DNA from: a virus
Reading direction: 5' to 3' (one strand)
Virus record (IMG/VR): IMGVR_UViG_3300027706_000007
Span: 30,124 to 94,123 of that record
DNA: 64,000 nt
In this document: positions 28,877-40,927 of the stretch, one piece after another
Position numbering within the stretch: position 1 is the first letter of the stretch
Layout of the letters: the number at the start of each line of letters is the position of its first letter
The notes under the pieces: generated by a model
What the model was told of the DNA's origin: nothing
The model's database searches: none
The model's input: only the letters and a program-made list of their open reading frames with translations
Position numbers and translations under genes: made by a program

Positions 28877-29371
28877 ATGAAAAAGACACACTCGTTTTCA
28901 GACATAAATCCATTTACTGGCCGCGCTTCAATTGATAGACGCACGGAAACTGAATTAATAGAGCAATCGTTAGGATTCTCCGGTATGTTAATTGCTTATT
29001 CGAAATCAACTTACTTGCGTAAATTTCCTACACATGTTGTATATTTTAATGGATGCATTTTTATAATTGAGAATGAACAACCTGTACAAATTTGGTGGGG
29101 AGATTTGGATATATCAGATAAGTTCGAAGCTATACGCGAACTAGCTCGCGCGCTGCAAAAAGATATATATGTAGCACCGGAGCATCCATTCAGAAGCGAC
29201 TTTTATCGAGTAGGTATAAAAGACTTAAATCATTCAGTCGTTGTATTTCGCTTCACACCGAATGGAGATGTTTTTGTGCATGGCGACATTCCGATTAAAA
29301 CTAAAAAACTTACGACTTCATACTTCTCGCACGTAAAGGATGAATTCTATGAAACGTTGCGCGCAAAATAA
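28877..29371 (+). CDS. Hypothetical phage-type protein
   Basis: 'MLIAYSKSTY...VYFNGCI...IWWGDLDI' pattern; own TATA box. Confidence 0.7.
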   Translation: MKKTHSFSDINPFTGRASIDRRTETELIEQSLGFSGMLIAYSKSTYLRKFPTHVVYFNGCIFIIENEQPVQIWWGDLDISDKFEAIRELARALQKDIYVAPEHPFRSDFYRVGIKDLNHSVVVFRFTPNGDVFVHGDIPIKTKKLTTSYFSHVKDEFYETLRAK

Positions 29372-29428
29372 AATATACGACACTATTTAGCGACATCCTG
29401 CGCAGGTCTAGCAAAAGCTGGAAATCTT

Positions 29429-32050
29429 TCACCAATCGCCATTTTTCATCATTATTTGTGTACCCGTGTCAATAAAATGCATATTGGTGGAGAAACTAAA
29501 ATCGGACTTTTCCTTACGCAGATAATTGTCAACTTCAAAACACAATACAGTTAAATCATAACTAAGCGGCCACTTTTTTACAAATACTTTTATGCGCATC
29601 GCCATTTTAAAATGAGTTATCATATAATATCTACTCTATTCCGAAAAAAACTTGTATTCGTTCATGTTGGGCAAATCTGAACATATGGTGAAAAGTAGCC
29701 GCATCAAGAATATCTATGCTTGATAGTCTAACATCGTTATTATCGCGGAAGCATTTAGCATATTTTTCAAGCTTATGTGATATATTGTAACCATACATTA
29801 ACTCTAAATATACGCTGTTCCTGTTCGTTGTGTAATATTCCAGACCTATTATTCTAACTTTCATATGTTTCACTTTTGATTATAATTTCTTCAAGCTTTT
29901 CTGAGTCCGCTAAATATTCAACAGTTGCAGTATTAACGCGCCATATTCTAAGTAGCGGCTGTTCTAAGTCTACAAAATTGGGAAATAAGCCCACATGGGA
30001 ATATTCCCACGTTGCTATACGCTGCATATCTCTTATCTTTAAAGGTATAACGGTTCTCATTTCAAGCGGCCTAATTTCCGCGTTGAATATCTGTTTTTTC
30101 ATATCTTTCACTCAAAACCACAACATTCAATTTCTATTACGCATTCTGTAAAATCTTCTATAGTATCGAAAATCCCAAGAAAATCAAATGCATTTATTTC
30201 TTCTTCTTCGAGCGAAGCGTCATCCCATAAATAATAGAATACATCCTGTCTTAACTGCGAAATATCTAAAGGTAACTCACAGGTAAAATGTTCAAAGCTA
30301 TAATAGGTATGGAAAGCGCTCTTAAATATATTTCGTATCTCAGGACTCATATCCCATCCATGTCTAACAAATGACTATATTAATATTTACGATTAATTTT
30401 GCAGATTGCGCGCAGTATAAAAGTCTAGCGCTTTTTTGGATTTATACGCCACCATTCGATTTGATTTATTGGCACACGTTCGTCGATTTCATGTGTAAGA
30501 TTGGTTTCGATATCATTAACAATAGCGCGGAACCAATTTAGTTCACTGAATCTGATTTTGATAATTTGTTCTTGTATCGCATATTTAACCAAGACCCGCG
30601 CACGCTTACGCTCGCGTCGCAGCGCCTTACTAATCGCGCGTATAACTCTTAAATCGGACTCATGTCCTCTTGTATCAATTTTTGGTTTCGTTGCATCTGC
30701 GGCTATAAGCGGGTAGCATATAAAAGCTTTTTTAAATTTAAAAATCGCAAAAACCTTATAAAGATAAGTGACATAAGAGCCACGTGATGAGCACGGGTGC
30801 TGTGCTGGGAGTGCGTATAAAAATATGAAAGTACGTGAAATTTTTTTCTGGTGGCAACTGCAGCCTATTGGCGCGTTAGAATGCGCGTATCGTCTATCAC
30901 GTAAGATGAATGTACCTTTTACTGCGCTAGCTTATGAGGCGAAAGAATATCTTACATGTAAGGATTCTTCGCCACTTCCTGATTTTGAGCCATTCTGGGA
31001 AGACATCGCTTATGATATGCGCTTAGGGACGCGCGATTTAATCATAGCAAATAAATTACGCGCATCTCTAAAAATGTGCGCGGTCTAAGGTTTTCCCAAT
31101 CTGTATCCGTACCCGTTAATAAGTTCCATGTAGCATAATATAACGATGATGTAATCTCTGCCATTCTACGGAAATCGGAATAGGGCGCGCGGTCATAACC
31201 AAACGAGTTCACTAGAAAATCTCTCCCTACAATCATATCATCTTGTAGTTCGCGCTCTACTAGCTCTTTTAGAAGTCGTGGATATAATTCCCGCTCAGAA
31301 AGATTTCGCAGTTTTCTCTTCATCACAATTCACCTCTATTATTTAAGTCCGAAAAGTATATAGTATGTTTCGCGTTCAACTTGCCTCGTTCTATATGTTA
31401 TATGTATTATATCGCGTTCTACTCCGCGCAAAAGATTAAGGTTGCTCCGTGACATATCGTATACTAGCGTATCTGGGGTCACCGAAAGATACATATCAGA
31501 TATTTTACCTAATATCTTTTTGATAAGTTCCTCGCTGTTTTCGCGCAGAATCAACATATCAAAGTCCTCCACTTTTCTCATATTTTATTCGCTAAGGAAA
31601 TTGTCCCATGTCCAATAATTATAGTTCTAAAAGTAATATAATACAAGTCGCCTTCTAATATGTCTAAGTATAGATATAGATATCCTCGCGCTAAAACGTA
31701 ATCTTCTTGTATCCTTTTATCTAGCTCGCCAAACATCTCCCGTAATCTAAATATAACTCGGAGATTAACTCCCCCGTTATCTTCATGCGTTAGAAATAGC
31801 ATTTCTATCTGTGCTCCATTAGTCTTAGACGGGGGTTATTTCTTTTCTGCGCTAGATATTTAATGTACCTGATATATGTTACGTCGTTAATTTGTGAATA
31901 TAATATCGACCAAATTAATGCTATATGGTTCCCAAATCTCTCAGCAAAATTGCTTGCGGCTAACAAAGTATTATCTTTTAGTTGTTCCTCTACACTAGAA
32001 AAAGTATCTCGCAGTTTCTCTTTCACCTTATCATCCGAATATACTATCAT
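29429..32050 (-). other. Cluster of ~65-95-aa ORFs (29429, 29631, 29854, 30108, 31042, 31339, 31578, 31805 on minus; 30825 on plus)
   Basis: Tightly packed or coupled ORFs. 31339, 31578 and 31805 share a (D/Q)(I/L)...(I/V)T(Y/F) motif. Confidence 0.65.
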
Positions 32051-32126
32051 ACACTAAGCATCGTTCTTACTGAAATAGCAATATATATAGCTTATGATAA
32101 AAATAAAAAAATAAAAAAACGTATGT

Positions 32127-32423
32127 TTAATCTGCCAGCCGTCGCATTTCTACAGGGTTGTATTCAACAGGCTGAATGATTCTGTACATTCCCGCTGGAA
32201 GTTCGATTGGCTTGTGCTCTTCGTGAACAACAACGGCGCGTTCCGCTACTTGTGCGTACTTGTTGTTCTGTAGCTGGAGTAGTTGCGCGCCCTGTATTCT
32301 GTGGTGATGGCCAGTCGCCTCACCGTATGCAACGATATCAGTGTTGAGCGGAGTCGCTTCGGGGGGAAGTGTGTCTACTCTCAGAAACATTACATCACCC
32401 TGTCGATATAGTTGTTTTGTCAT
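32127..32423 (-). CDS. Conserved His-rich protein (RQGDV...GEATGHHH...HEEH...EY), usual partner of DUF6745
   Basis: Signature motifs are visible directly in the sequence. Confidence 0.85.
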   Translation of the reverse strand: MTKQLYRQGDVMFLRVDTLPPEATPLNTDIVAYGEATGHHHRIQGAQLLQLQNNKYAQVAERAVVVHEEHKPIELPAGMYRIIQPVEYNPVEMRRLAD

Positions 32424-32527
32424 ATCGGGCTACCTTAAAATTATGGATTATATAAATGTTTTTACGGTTTTAATCACGCAGAAAAAAGATAAAACTTTAT
32501 AGAGGTCTGTATAAAGGATATAGGAGT

Positions 32528-32794
32528 GTGCGAACTAAAAATTTGAATGTAACTTCCGCAGCCAACGTTTCAGTTATAAAGACAGTCGCTGATACTTTGC
32601 GCACAGAAAATATTTACGCGAACCGCGCCGGATTTAATTTTGAAAGCGAAGACGAACAAGTAGATATGATAAATGAACTGTTCATATTTTATTGGCCGCT
32701 TGCGGAGCGAATACGACGTATTATACAACGGGAAGCAAAACGGATGTTAGAAAGGAAATCGCAAAAGCTTTATAAACCAAAAGCGCGCACCTAA
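32528..32794 (+). CDS. Hypothetical small helical protein
   Basis: TATA box and GGAG RBS. Confidence 0.55.
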   Translation: MRTKNLNVTSAANVSVIKTVADTLRTENIYANRAGFNFESEDEQVDMINELFIFYWPLAERIRRIIQREAKRMLERKSQKLYKPKART

Positions 32795-32801
32795 ATGCGC
32801 A

Positions 32802-33788
32802 ATGTCTGAACTAACAGAAGAAGCGAAAAAAGAAATCCTAGAGCGAGTAAAGAACGAATGGTACAAGCTGATTTTCGAGTCGGGCAAAATTCCAGATGAG
32901 AAAGAAATCAGACCTCTCATGGACAGACTATACGAACTAAGCGGCGAAAAGCCACCACGCAAAATAAAGATTTTCTTGTCTCTCATTGATGAAAAAATAG
33001 CAATCCACAACGTGCTACGAAAGCGTAAAAAGTATCAACAATACAAAGGCGAGTTCTTGTATCTCAGCAGCTATCAGGGTGGTGGCTGGGACGCGGCGTG
33101 GTTAGCAAAACTTGAAGCTGCCGAACAAATGGGTTTCAAACCATCGAAAGAACTATTTTTCGTTTACAAAGACCTAGTGAAAAAAGGTGTGTACGATTTC
33201 GTCCCAGACCGAGACGTATATGTTTGCGCGTATCCGAAAAAGATACGAATGGATGACCGCATGAGACTACATTCCACGAACGGCCCCGCTGTAGAATGGC
33301 ACAACCACCGCGGAGACCTCTATTTCATACATGGAGCACTCTTCCCCGAAGACTTATACTGGCGCGTGGTAAAGCGCGAAATATCGGCTGAAGAAGTTCT
33401 GAAAATAGAGAACATTGAAGTGCGAACACGAGCAATCGAAATACTAGGATATGAACGAATGCTGCGTGAACTGGATGCAAAGGAACTCGAAAAAAGAACG
33501 ACAACGTCCAGACCCCCGCTAAACGTCCCAATCACATATGCACTATACGAAGTTCAATTGAACGATGACCAACAAGATGGCGAAAATCTGCCCGCGAAAA
33601 TTCTCCAAGTGCAGTGTCCATCAACTTCGAAGATAACCTTCATACGCGTACCACCGTTTCTTACACAGGAACGGGGCCGAGACCGCAAACCCCTTAAGAC
33701 CATCGATGATGCACTTACAGCGATGTTCCAACTCAACAACGAAATCAATCCGGAAGAATATTTCAATTCGCTGCTAGCTGAAACATAA
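32802..33788 (+). CDS. DUF6745-domain protein
   Basis: 'RLHSTNGPAVEW...YFIHG...IENIEVR...LGYER...VQCPST...RVPP' motifs. Confidence 0.85.
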   Translation: MSELTEEAKKEILERVKNEWYKLIFESGKIPDEKEIRPLMDRLYELSGEKPPRKIKIFLSLIDEKIAIHNVLRKRKKYQQYKGEFLYLSSYQGGGWDAAWLAKLEAAEQMGFKPSKELFFVYKDLVKKGVYDFVPDRDVYVCAYPKKIRMDDRMRLHSTNGPAVEWHNHRGDLYFIHGALFPEDLYWRVVKREISAEEVLKIENIEVRTRAIEILGYERMLRELDAKELEKRTTTSRPPLNVPITYALYEVQLNDDQQDGENLPAKILQVQCPSTSKITFIRVPPFLTQERGRDRKPLKTIDDALTAMFQLNNEINPEEYFNSLLAET

Positions 33789-33863
33789 TTTTTTATCGCG
33801 ATTTTTATTTTATTTTATTATTTAGAGAAAACCATATATTCTACAATATTATCCCATTACTTT

Positions 33864-36733
33864 ATGCGAGTCTGTGTACTGTTCTCAATCCCAGAGGACT
33901 TGGGACTAGATGAATGCTGTGTCCGCATAGCACTAAAGATAAAAGGCGTATTCCAATTATGGCCTCTAAACCAAATCGATGGGTCGTTTCCGTTTAGAGC
34001 AACTCCTACTGATATTTTCGATGCCACGTTACAGAACATAATAGAGCGCGTAAAAAATAGATAATCAATTCCGACGAAAGCTATATATCTGACATAATCG
34101 CCGGTATTACATAAAATGATAATACGTATGATATATACGGATTCGACAGCGACATTACAATCTGAGTACAAAACCCGTCCTGCATATGCGATTGTAAAGG
34201 AGCTAGTAAAGATGCGTCTTGCAGTTGATACTCTGGCCTTAAAATATCTATTATATAACGAAGTCGATAATCTGGACGTTATTATGTTTTTGCGCGCTAT
34301 ACAAAATTCCATAGACGAGTGGGTTAATAGAGCAGTTGATAATGGAAAACATAGAATGTATATATCAGACTATATGTACAAATACAAATTTGATAAGGGG
34401 GTTGATGAAGACTTTGATGAGGACTATGAAATTTAAATATAAGAAATACATATTACGGAGTAGGTTCAGCTTTGCGTAGGACAGTAATGTGTGCTGGAGA
34501 GTTTTAAATTATGAACAAATTTGTGATTCATATTGGCGAAAAAACTGTAGAATATAGTAAGTTTCCATACGACGGAAAGACACTTAATACAATTGCGCAT
34601 AACTTGAATGAATTATTACATGAAGTATATTGGTATCATACTCCGACTGAAACGCCCATCGCAGATTTCTACAGGAACACTAATGACATGCAACTTATAA
34701 ATAACGGGAGTATACTTAATTTACCTTTTAATTATACCGTAACTTTTAATCATATTGTAGTGTTGGAACTAGGGATAACCCCAGAAACTACTACTTTAAT
34801 AGACTTATTTTAAGTGGTGGTGTTTATTGAACAACTTTATAATCAATGTGGGAGAAAATCAAAAGGAGTTGCCTAGAATCGAATACGTAGAAGAAATAGC
34901 ATATAAAATTAACGGCGAATTAAACGCGCTTGCGAACGAAGTTGCCACATTTTTTAGACGAAATCCAATGTCTAATCTACAACGGTCTATATTCCCTAGT
35001 ACTATGTCTTTGGTAAGTCGCGCAACCATATGTAACATCCCCCCACCCGCTATAGTCCTAGAACCTAAACGGGGCGCAACTTCTAGCCATGTCTCAGATT
35101 TTTATCATGTACTTATTGTACGCTCAGAAACATAAAAATAATTTACCATAAAGGTTTAAATAACTTACTCTTTATACTACTAACTGCGGTCGTCTTGGCT
35201 GCTGCGGCGACCGCACAAATGATGGCCCCTCTCGCCCGTGACGAACGTGGCCCCCGTGGCTGTTCACCTCCCCACGGGGGCAAAAATTTCCAAAAACCTT
35301 ATAGAGTGGATACTAGATAACTTGCGTACATGAAGAACGTAACTCGACGAAAACTTGCGCGCGCTGAAAAAATACTTGCGCAGTTCGCAGAAGTAGGAAT
35401 TACAGATGAAGAAGCTGTAGCCAGAGTGCTCAGAACGCGCGAGCGAGAGAGACGTGAACAAGATAAGCACGAAACGCGTAAAGAGTGAAAATTATATGCG
35501 TCATGTAAGACGGGTAGAAACAGAAGAATTAGGAAATACGACACGCGTCATAGTATTTAAAATTCTACAAGCTTTATCTTCTGCGGATACAGATATATCC
35601 GAAAACGCTTTTACCGCAATAACAGAAGCTTATCACGATTTCCATGTTAATGTTTTAACCATCCGCGGACGCGTGGGAAGCTGTCTGATGGAAGAATTGA
35701 AAAAAATTAAGAACGCGCAAAATCCCCGTCATACACTTCTTTTCTTAGCGTAAAAATCGATGTTAGTATAGGAATGTATTCCGCGCGTAGCCACAAACAC
35801 AATCTCGAAATCAAGCGGATTCCAATTTGAAATGCGTGAATAAATATAAAAATCGGCTGCTTCTAGTTCGTCTTCACGCATAAATTCCACTCGTTCCCAC
35901 GAGTTGCGCGTATATTCAGTTACGATTTCTATCATTTAAATCCCCTAGATACTTGTAAAATCGCATTTTTCAGGGTCAAGTTTTAGTCTTATTATCTCTA
36001 TTGTTGCGTCTTCGATACTATGTACCACCCTTCTGTACATAGGTCTTATTCCCTTAAACTCAGTACAATATTCACAAAACCATCCTTCGCGACAAAGGTC
36101 GCTTCGTGTTTCTCCTCTTTCAGTGCGCCAAGCCTTTTCCACTTTAGCGGGGTAAGAAGGTATTTTTAACATCGTTTTTACATCTCCCACCAGCGTTTTC
36201 GCGATTCGCGTACATAATTCTTGTATGTTTTTTGGTATTCCCAATCAATTTCAAACGTGATATCGCGAATAAAACCTAAATTTAAATTGAACGCATATGG
36301 ATGCATAAAAATATTAATTTCGCGATTAAAATTGTCTTTAAGATATTTTCCAAACATATTAAAGCGTATATCTCCCACGCCAGTCAACCCAATCAATTTT
36401 ATCGCGTCTTTCCATACAAACTCGTTATATAAAAATTTGAAGGCATTTCCTAAAATCTGCGCTAGCTTTATATAACGAGGCGCTAGCTATCTTTCGGTGA
36501 AGAAAATGAGTGAACGCCCGTCGCACGACCGTGTTTCAAGAATTCTTGACAAACTCACAGAAGCTAAGGTTGACCAATATATCGCGGTAAAACAAAACGA
36601 AAAGGTGAATATGTCTCTCGCTGATACGGGTACCAAGCTGGATAAACTAACTCGTAACGTTATTGCTACATCATATGGCGCGCAAAAAGAAGAAACTTCT
36701 GTCTTAAAGGAATATAAACCTAAACACGAATGA
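33864..36733. other. Cluster of small hypothetical ORFs (33864, 34116, 34511, 34827, 35330, 35496, 36497 on plus; 35729, 35945, 36178 on minus)
   Basis: Most have their own TATA box. 34511 and 34827 share a MNxFxIxIGE N-terminus. Confidence 0.6.
35185..35281 (+). ncRNA. Candidate structured small RNA 2 (two 10-bp GC hairpins)
   Basis: TGCGGTCGTC/GGCGACCGCA and GCCCCCGTGG/CCACGGGGGC stems; begins about 23 nt after TTTAAATA; no ORF on this strand. Confidence 0.6.
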
Positions 36734-36804
36734 AAGTTATACGCGAGATTTTTTTAGTTAACTTTATATAGCTTCCTCACTTACGGGGTTTAGAGGTGAA
36801 CAGA

Positions 36805-37206
36805 ATGAGCACGGGATGGAGAAACGTGTACCGAAATACGGGGCACAACCCATTACAATACTCGCCAACGGAACGTGTGGCGCGCGAAATTTTAATTGCG
36901 CTAGGATTTAAAGAAGGAATCGATTTTTCGCACGAATGACTGCCTAACGGGAAACCTATTCAGGTACGCGATTCGCGGGGGCGAGTCCATAACTACTATC
37001 CCGACTTTTACTTTCCGCGAGAAAAAATTGATTTAGAAATAAATCCAAATTTTCACGTGACGTACAAACCTTACTATTACAAATGCATAACACGGACAAA
37101 AAGACTTAAACGGCTGGGCATATCTGTGATTAACATACCGGTCGCAGCCAAGATAGACAGCGCAAAACTTAAAAACTTAATCGTGAGAAAGCTGCGCGTG
37201 AAATAG
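36805..37206 (+). pseudogene. DUF559/Vsr-like endonuclease with an in-frame TGA at codon 45
   Basis: SPTERVAREIL...FSHE*LPNG...YYPDFYFPREKIDLEIN...FH...RTKRLKRLGISVINI. GAGGTGA RBS and promoter are intact. Confidence 0.75.
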
Positions 37207-37220
37207 GGAGTTGAGTAGTT

Positions 37221-37445
37221 ATGCGTATTGATTCCTATATTTTGGCTAACGTCCTAGACATTCTGATTCAGCATCCTGAATTTGATAATGGTGATTGGTA
37301 TAATATGCTGAAGCAGGAAATCTGGATTTGGGCAAAAAATCATGGGGATATTATTCTTTTTGCGAATTCGGGGCATAAGTACCACACAAAAGAAATCTTT
37401 GGAGAATTTGAGCTAGTAGAACCAAATAAGGAGATTAGGACGTAG
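37221..37445 (+). CDS. Hypothetical protein
   Basis: GGGAG RBS; 74 aa. Confidence 0.6.
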   Translation: MRIDSYILANVLDILIQHPEFDNGDWYNMLKQEIWIWAKNHGDIILFANSGHKYHTKEIFGEFELVEPNKEIRT

Positions 37446-37579
37446 ATATTAACGGGATAATATAGAACAAAAGTTATGAACTATAAAGATTATTCTGGCG
37501 TTCAAAAGAACGCCAGCGGATAAATACACGATTGGGTAAAAGATGGATATATAAAAATCTTTCTCTCTGTTTTAGGATT

Positions 37580-37717
37580 AGCCGATAGAGATAAATAAAT
37601 GCAATACATAAGAGAGTTGAAGGTGGAGAAGTAACAGGCTCCCGATTGCATTTATGAAGCGGCTTTCGGGAGTGGCTACGTCGAAAGGCGTGGCCCCGAG
37701 CCACCTTCACCGTTGGC
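37580..37717 (+). ncRNA. Candidate structured RNA 3 (multi-helix junction with GAAA tetraloop)
   Basis: TGAAGGTGG/CCACCTTCA, GCTCCCGA/TCGGGAGT and GGCTACGTC-GAAA-GGCGTGGCC; TATATAAA at about 37547-37554. Confidence 0.55.
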
Positions 37718-37787
37718 CGACTTAGTGGTACCTCTAATGAAATATATAGAACAAACCTTATAAGTCATAACTATAGACCTAGAGAAG

Positions 37788-40179
37788 ATGCGCTCAAAAC
37801 ATATAAAAATAGACTTACCGACTAAAAATAATATGGAATTAGTCTTGAGTGAATTAGAACTAAGCGTACACGCGAGCGTCCCATTTAGTCATTCTCTGTT
37901 CAAAGATTTTTTAATCGCGCTCAAAAGTATATATATGGTTTTAGATGATAGTGCATATCGTAAATTAAAAGGTATATCAAACAGAACAGAATACGTACTT
38001 CACTTACCTGAAGATTTAGGAGCGATTGGAACGAGCATGGAATGGGAAAATATTACGCGCAGAATAAGTGAATTGTAGAATAACGTTCATAAACCGCGCG
38101 TGCGTTCCGTGCGCCTCAGAAAAGAAAATGTATATAGATTCGCCAATAGCTGATAAGATAGAATCTGCGATAAACGAAACAAAATTAAGTATAATTGAGA
38201 ATTATCCTGTGTTTGTTTCAAGCGCGCAAAAATACAGTGATACGTGGCCGCTCTATTTCAGCGATTTGTTTTTCAAGCATCCACTGGGGAGAAGGTTTAA
38301 GGATATAGTAGAAAACATATACATAATTTTGGATAACGATACGAGTTCTAAATTATTTAGAGGCGCGCGCAGAAATCGCGAATAGGATGACAGAATATGG
38401 TACATAAAGTGCGTAAAAATGGAAAAATTTAGTTTGGGAATAGATGTACTGGGATGCGAAATGGTGATAAGCCATGGAATGTAAAGTACGTAAAATTGAA
38501 AAAATTCACGCGAAAATAGTTAACGCGAAAGAGGAAATGGAGGCAGACTTTAAACGCAACTACATCTTAGAGCGTCCTCGGTGGTCAGGCTTCTATAATA
38601 TGCAGAGCGCTTTGTCGTTGCTTATAAAGACTGTGTACGGTTTTGCGCGAGATGAAGCTGAAAATCGCGCAGAAAGAGAACTCAGAGACGCGGGGTACGA
38701 CAAACCATGAAATGTAAACTACTCATAACCGAAAAAATTAACGCGCAAATAGATGACGCGAGAGAAAAGATAGAATTCGAACTCTCGCGCTACATCTCGC
38801 AACACTGGGTAGGGTCGGGTTTCTATATTATGCAGAGCGAGTTTTCGTTTCTCGTGCGAACGATATACGGATTCGTGAGATATGAAACTGAAAAATGCGC
38901 GGAAAAGAATTAAGAGATATGGAAAGGAAACCATGGCTCGCTATGCTAGTAAAAAGTGAGCGTATCGCAGATAAAGTATTCCGCGCGCTACGGGGTTTAT
39001 AAGTTTAGCACAAAAAATTAGCGCTTAAATAAAGACGGGTAACGTTGCGGCGCACTCGCGGCACACACTGTTTCATGTTTCATATCCGCGTCTCATGCCC
39101 GCGCGTTTATATGTTTTGTATTTCCCTTACAGAAACACTCACGGGGCCGAGCGCGCTCGCACGGCCGTAATTGAGAATGAGAGCATAGCGAGAATCGAGC
39201 CACACTATATCACTTTCGCCATCGCGCACTTCAACTTTATATCCGAGTTTATCGAATAGTTCACTTAAACGAAAAAGCACTTTCATTCGACGCTCGTATT
39301 CCGCTACCTGTTTTTTGTTTGGCGCGCCCGAATTTTCCGTACTCATATATAGGTCACCGGCTCCTTATGCGAGAACGCGCTATATAAAAGTTTATTAGAA
39401 AATTTAAAGGAGACTACCTATATCCGCGTTATCTATATAGACTGCTTCGAAACCAGCATCACGTGTATATGCGCGTATCATAACATACCCGTGTTGTGCG
39501 CTTTCGGCTAAAGCAGTCTCCGCGAAAAACAACCCAACAGAAGAAACAAAAAATCGCGCGCTGTCAAGACGGCCGGTAAACATCAATCCGCGCAAATTCC
39601 GAGTAATATTATTGTCCGTGGTGAGTATTTCGCATTTCATGGTGAGAGATATATTATCGCGAACTATATAAAAGTTTAGCCAAAATCATATTCTAAAGCG
39701 CGCGCGAGAAAAGATAAAGAAAGCGCAACGTAGCAATGTCTAATGCATCAGAACCGCTAAGTCGTCCGTACGAAAATAGGTTTATATCTCCAATTATCCA
39801 TTCTAAGTGCGGAATACTTATTGAATCAAAAACTGCAGGCATTTCTAGCATATCTACGCGCAACGCTGTGAGCGCTTGTTTTACGCGGAAATCTAACTTT
39901 ACTACACGAACGCCTGATGTCAAAATAAAGTCACATATCTACAGACGCGAGATTGTAAAGAAAGCGCAACTTAGTTGCATCTGATAGATAGCTCCTGTTA
40001 CTTAGTATAGAATACGTAAATAAATCTATGTCCTCGATAAAATTTTCTAGGCGGGGAATGTTCTGCGCGCCAAAACCTCTATACATTTCTCGCGCTCCCA
40101 CAAGTAACTCTCTGAGTTTTTGCCCTATGCGAGAATCTAACTCTACCACACGAGCATCCGATTTCATAATAAGATACAA
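37788..40179. other. Paralogous small-ORF pairs: 37788/38068 (+), 38474/38707 (+), 39693/39931 (-), plus 39107 and 39404 (-)
   Basis: Visible similarity, e.g. WSGFYNMQS vs GSGFYIMQS; RVVKLDFR...LRFLY vs RVVELDSR...LRFLY. Confidence 0.75.
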
Positions 40180-40286
40180 TAGCGCAGACTATATAAAAAT
40201 TATCGAGAAATCAATACCTACGCGCTAGAGAAAAAACTCAACAACCTTTATATAATTATCAAAACTAACGGGGCAGAGATAAGAAA

Positions 40287-40712
40287 ATGAAATCCAATAA
40301 AAAAAGTGAGCGCGAAAACGAATGGTGCGCGGAGTGCGGTAGAAGTGTAAATTTTGTGAGCGGAAATTATATAAATCGAATTCCTGAGTTTAATGACCCC
40401 GAAATAAGAAAAGGAATGGGCAGACGCTATCCCGATGGAGACTACATATGTTACGCGTGCGATGAAAACAATCCTAAACGAGAAGAAGTGGATATAGATA
40501 CAGGAATATGTAGCGAGTGTGGGAAAGAATTCAACCGAACGTCTAAAGGAATACTAATCACTTCACCGAAGTCCCGAGACGCGTTCCCGATTCAGGAATT
40601 TTGCTCTAAAAAATGTATGGATAAATTCTACAACTTGGGCAGCCAGCAACTTCGAATCACTCTAGACAAAACAATACTTGTTCGCGCGCTAGCAATGTTG
40701 TATAGAAACTGA
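40287..40712 (+). CDS. Double zinc-finger protein (TRASH/MYM-like C-terminal motif)
   Basis: CAEC...CYAC and CSEC...FCSKKC. Confidence 0.75.
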   Translation: MKSNKKSERENEWCAECGRSVNFVSGNYINRIPEFNDPEIRKGMGRRYPDGDYICYACDENNPKREEVDIDTGICSECGKEFNRTSKGILITSPKSRDAFPIQEFCSKKCMDKFYNLGSQQLRITLDKTILVRALAMLYRN

Positions 40713-40927
40713 ATAAACTTTATATATATTAGCGGGGAGAGATAAAGAGTAATGACGAGAACAGAGTTGCGAAAATACAGGACAGTAGTCTGGCTGCTGT
40801 TCTTCAGCCTAGAGGCGACTCTTATAGTTCTCACCCTCAAGAATTCTCAGTTTGCGTGGCTTTTATCAATATGTGTCATGTCTTATTTCCCGCTACTATT
40901 TTATTTGGACGATTGGGGCGATAAAAA

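Noticed and set aside
37625-37645. Resemblance of GTAACAGGCT to the 23S rRNA peptidyl-transferase loop
   Set aside because: Only about 9 nt match and the flanks do not continue the similarity.
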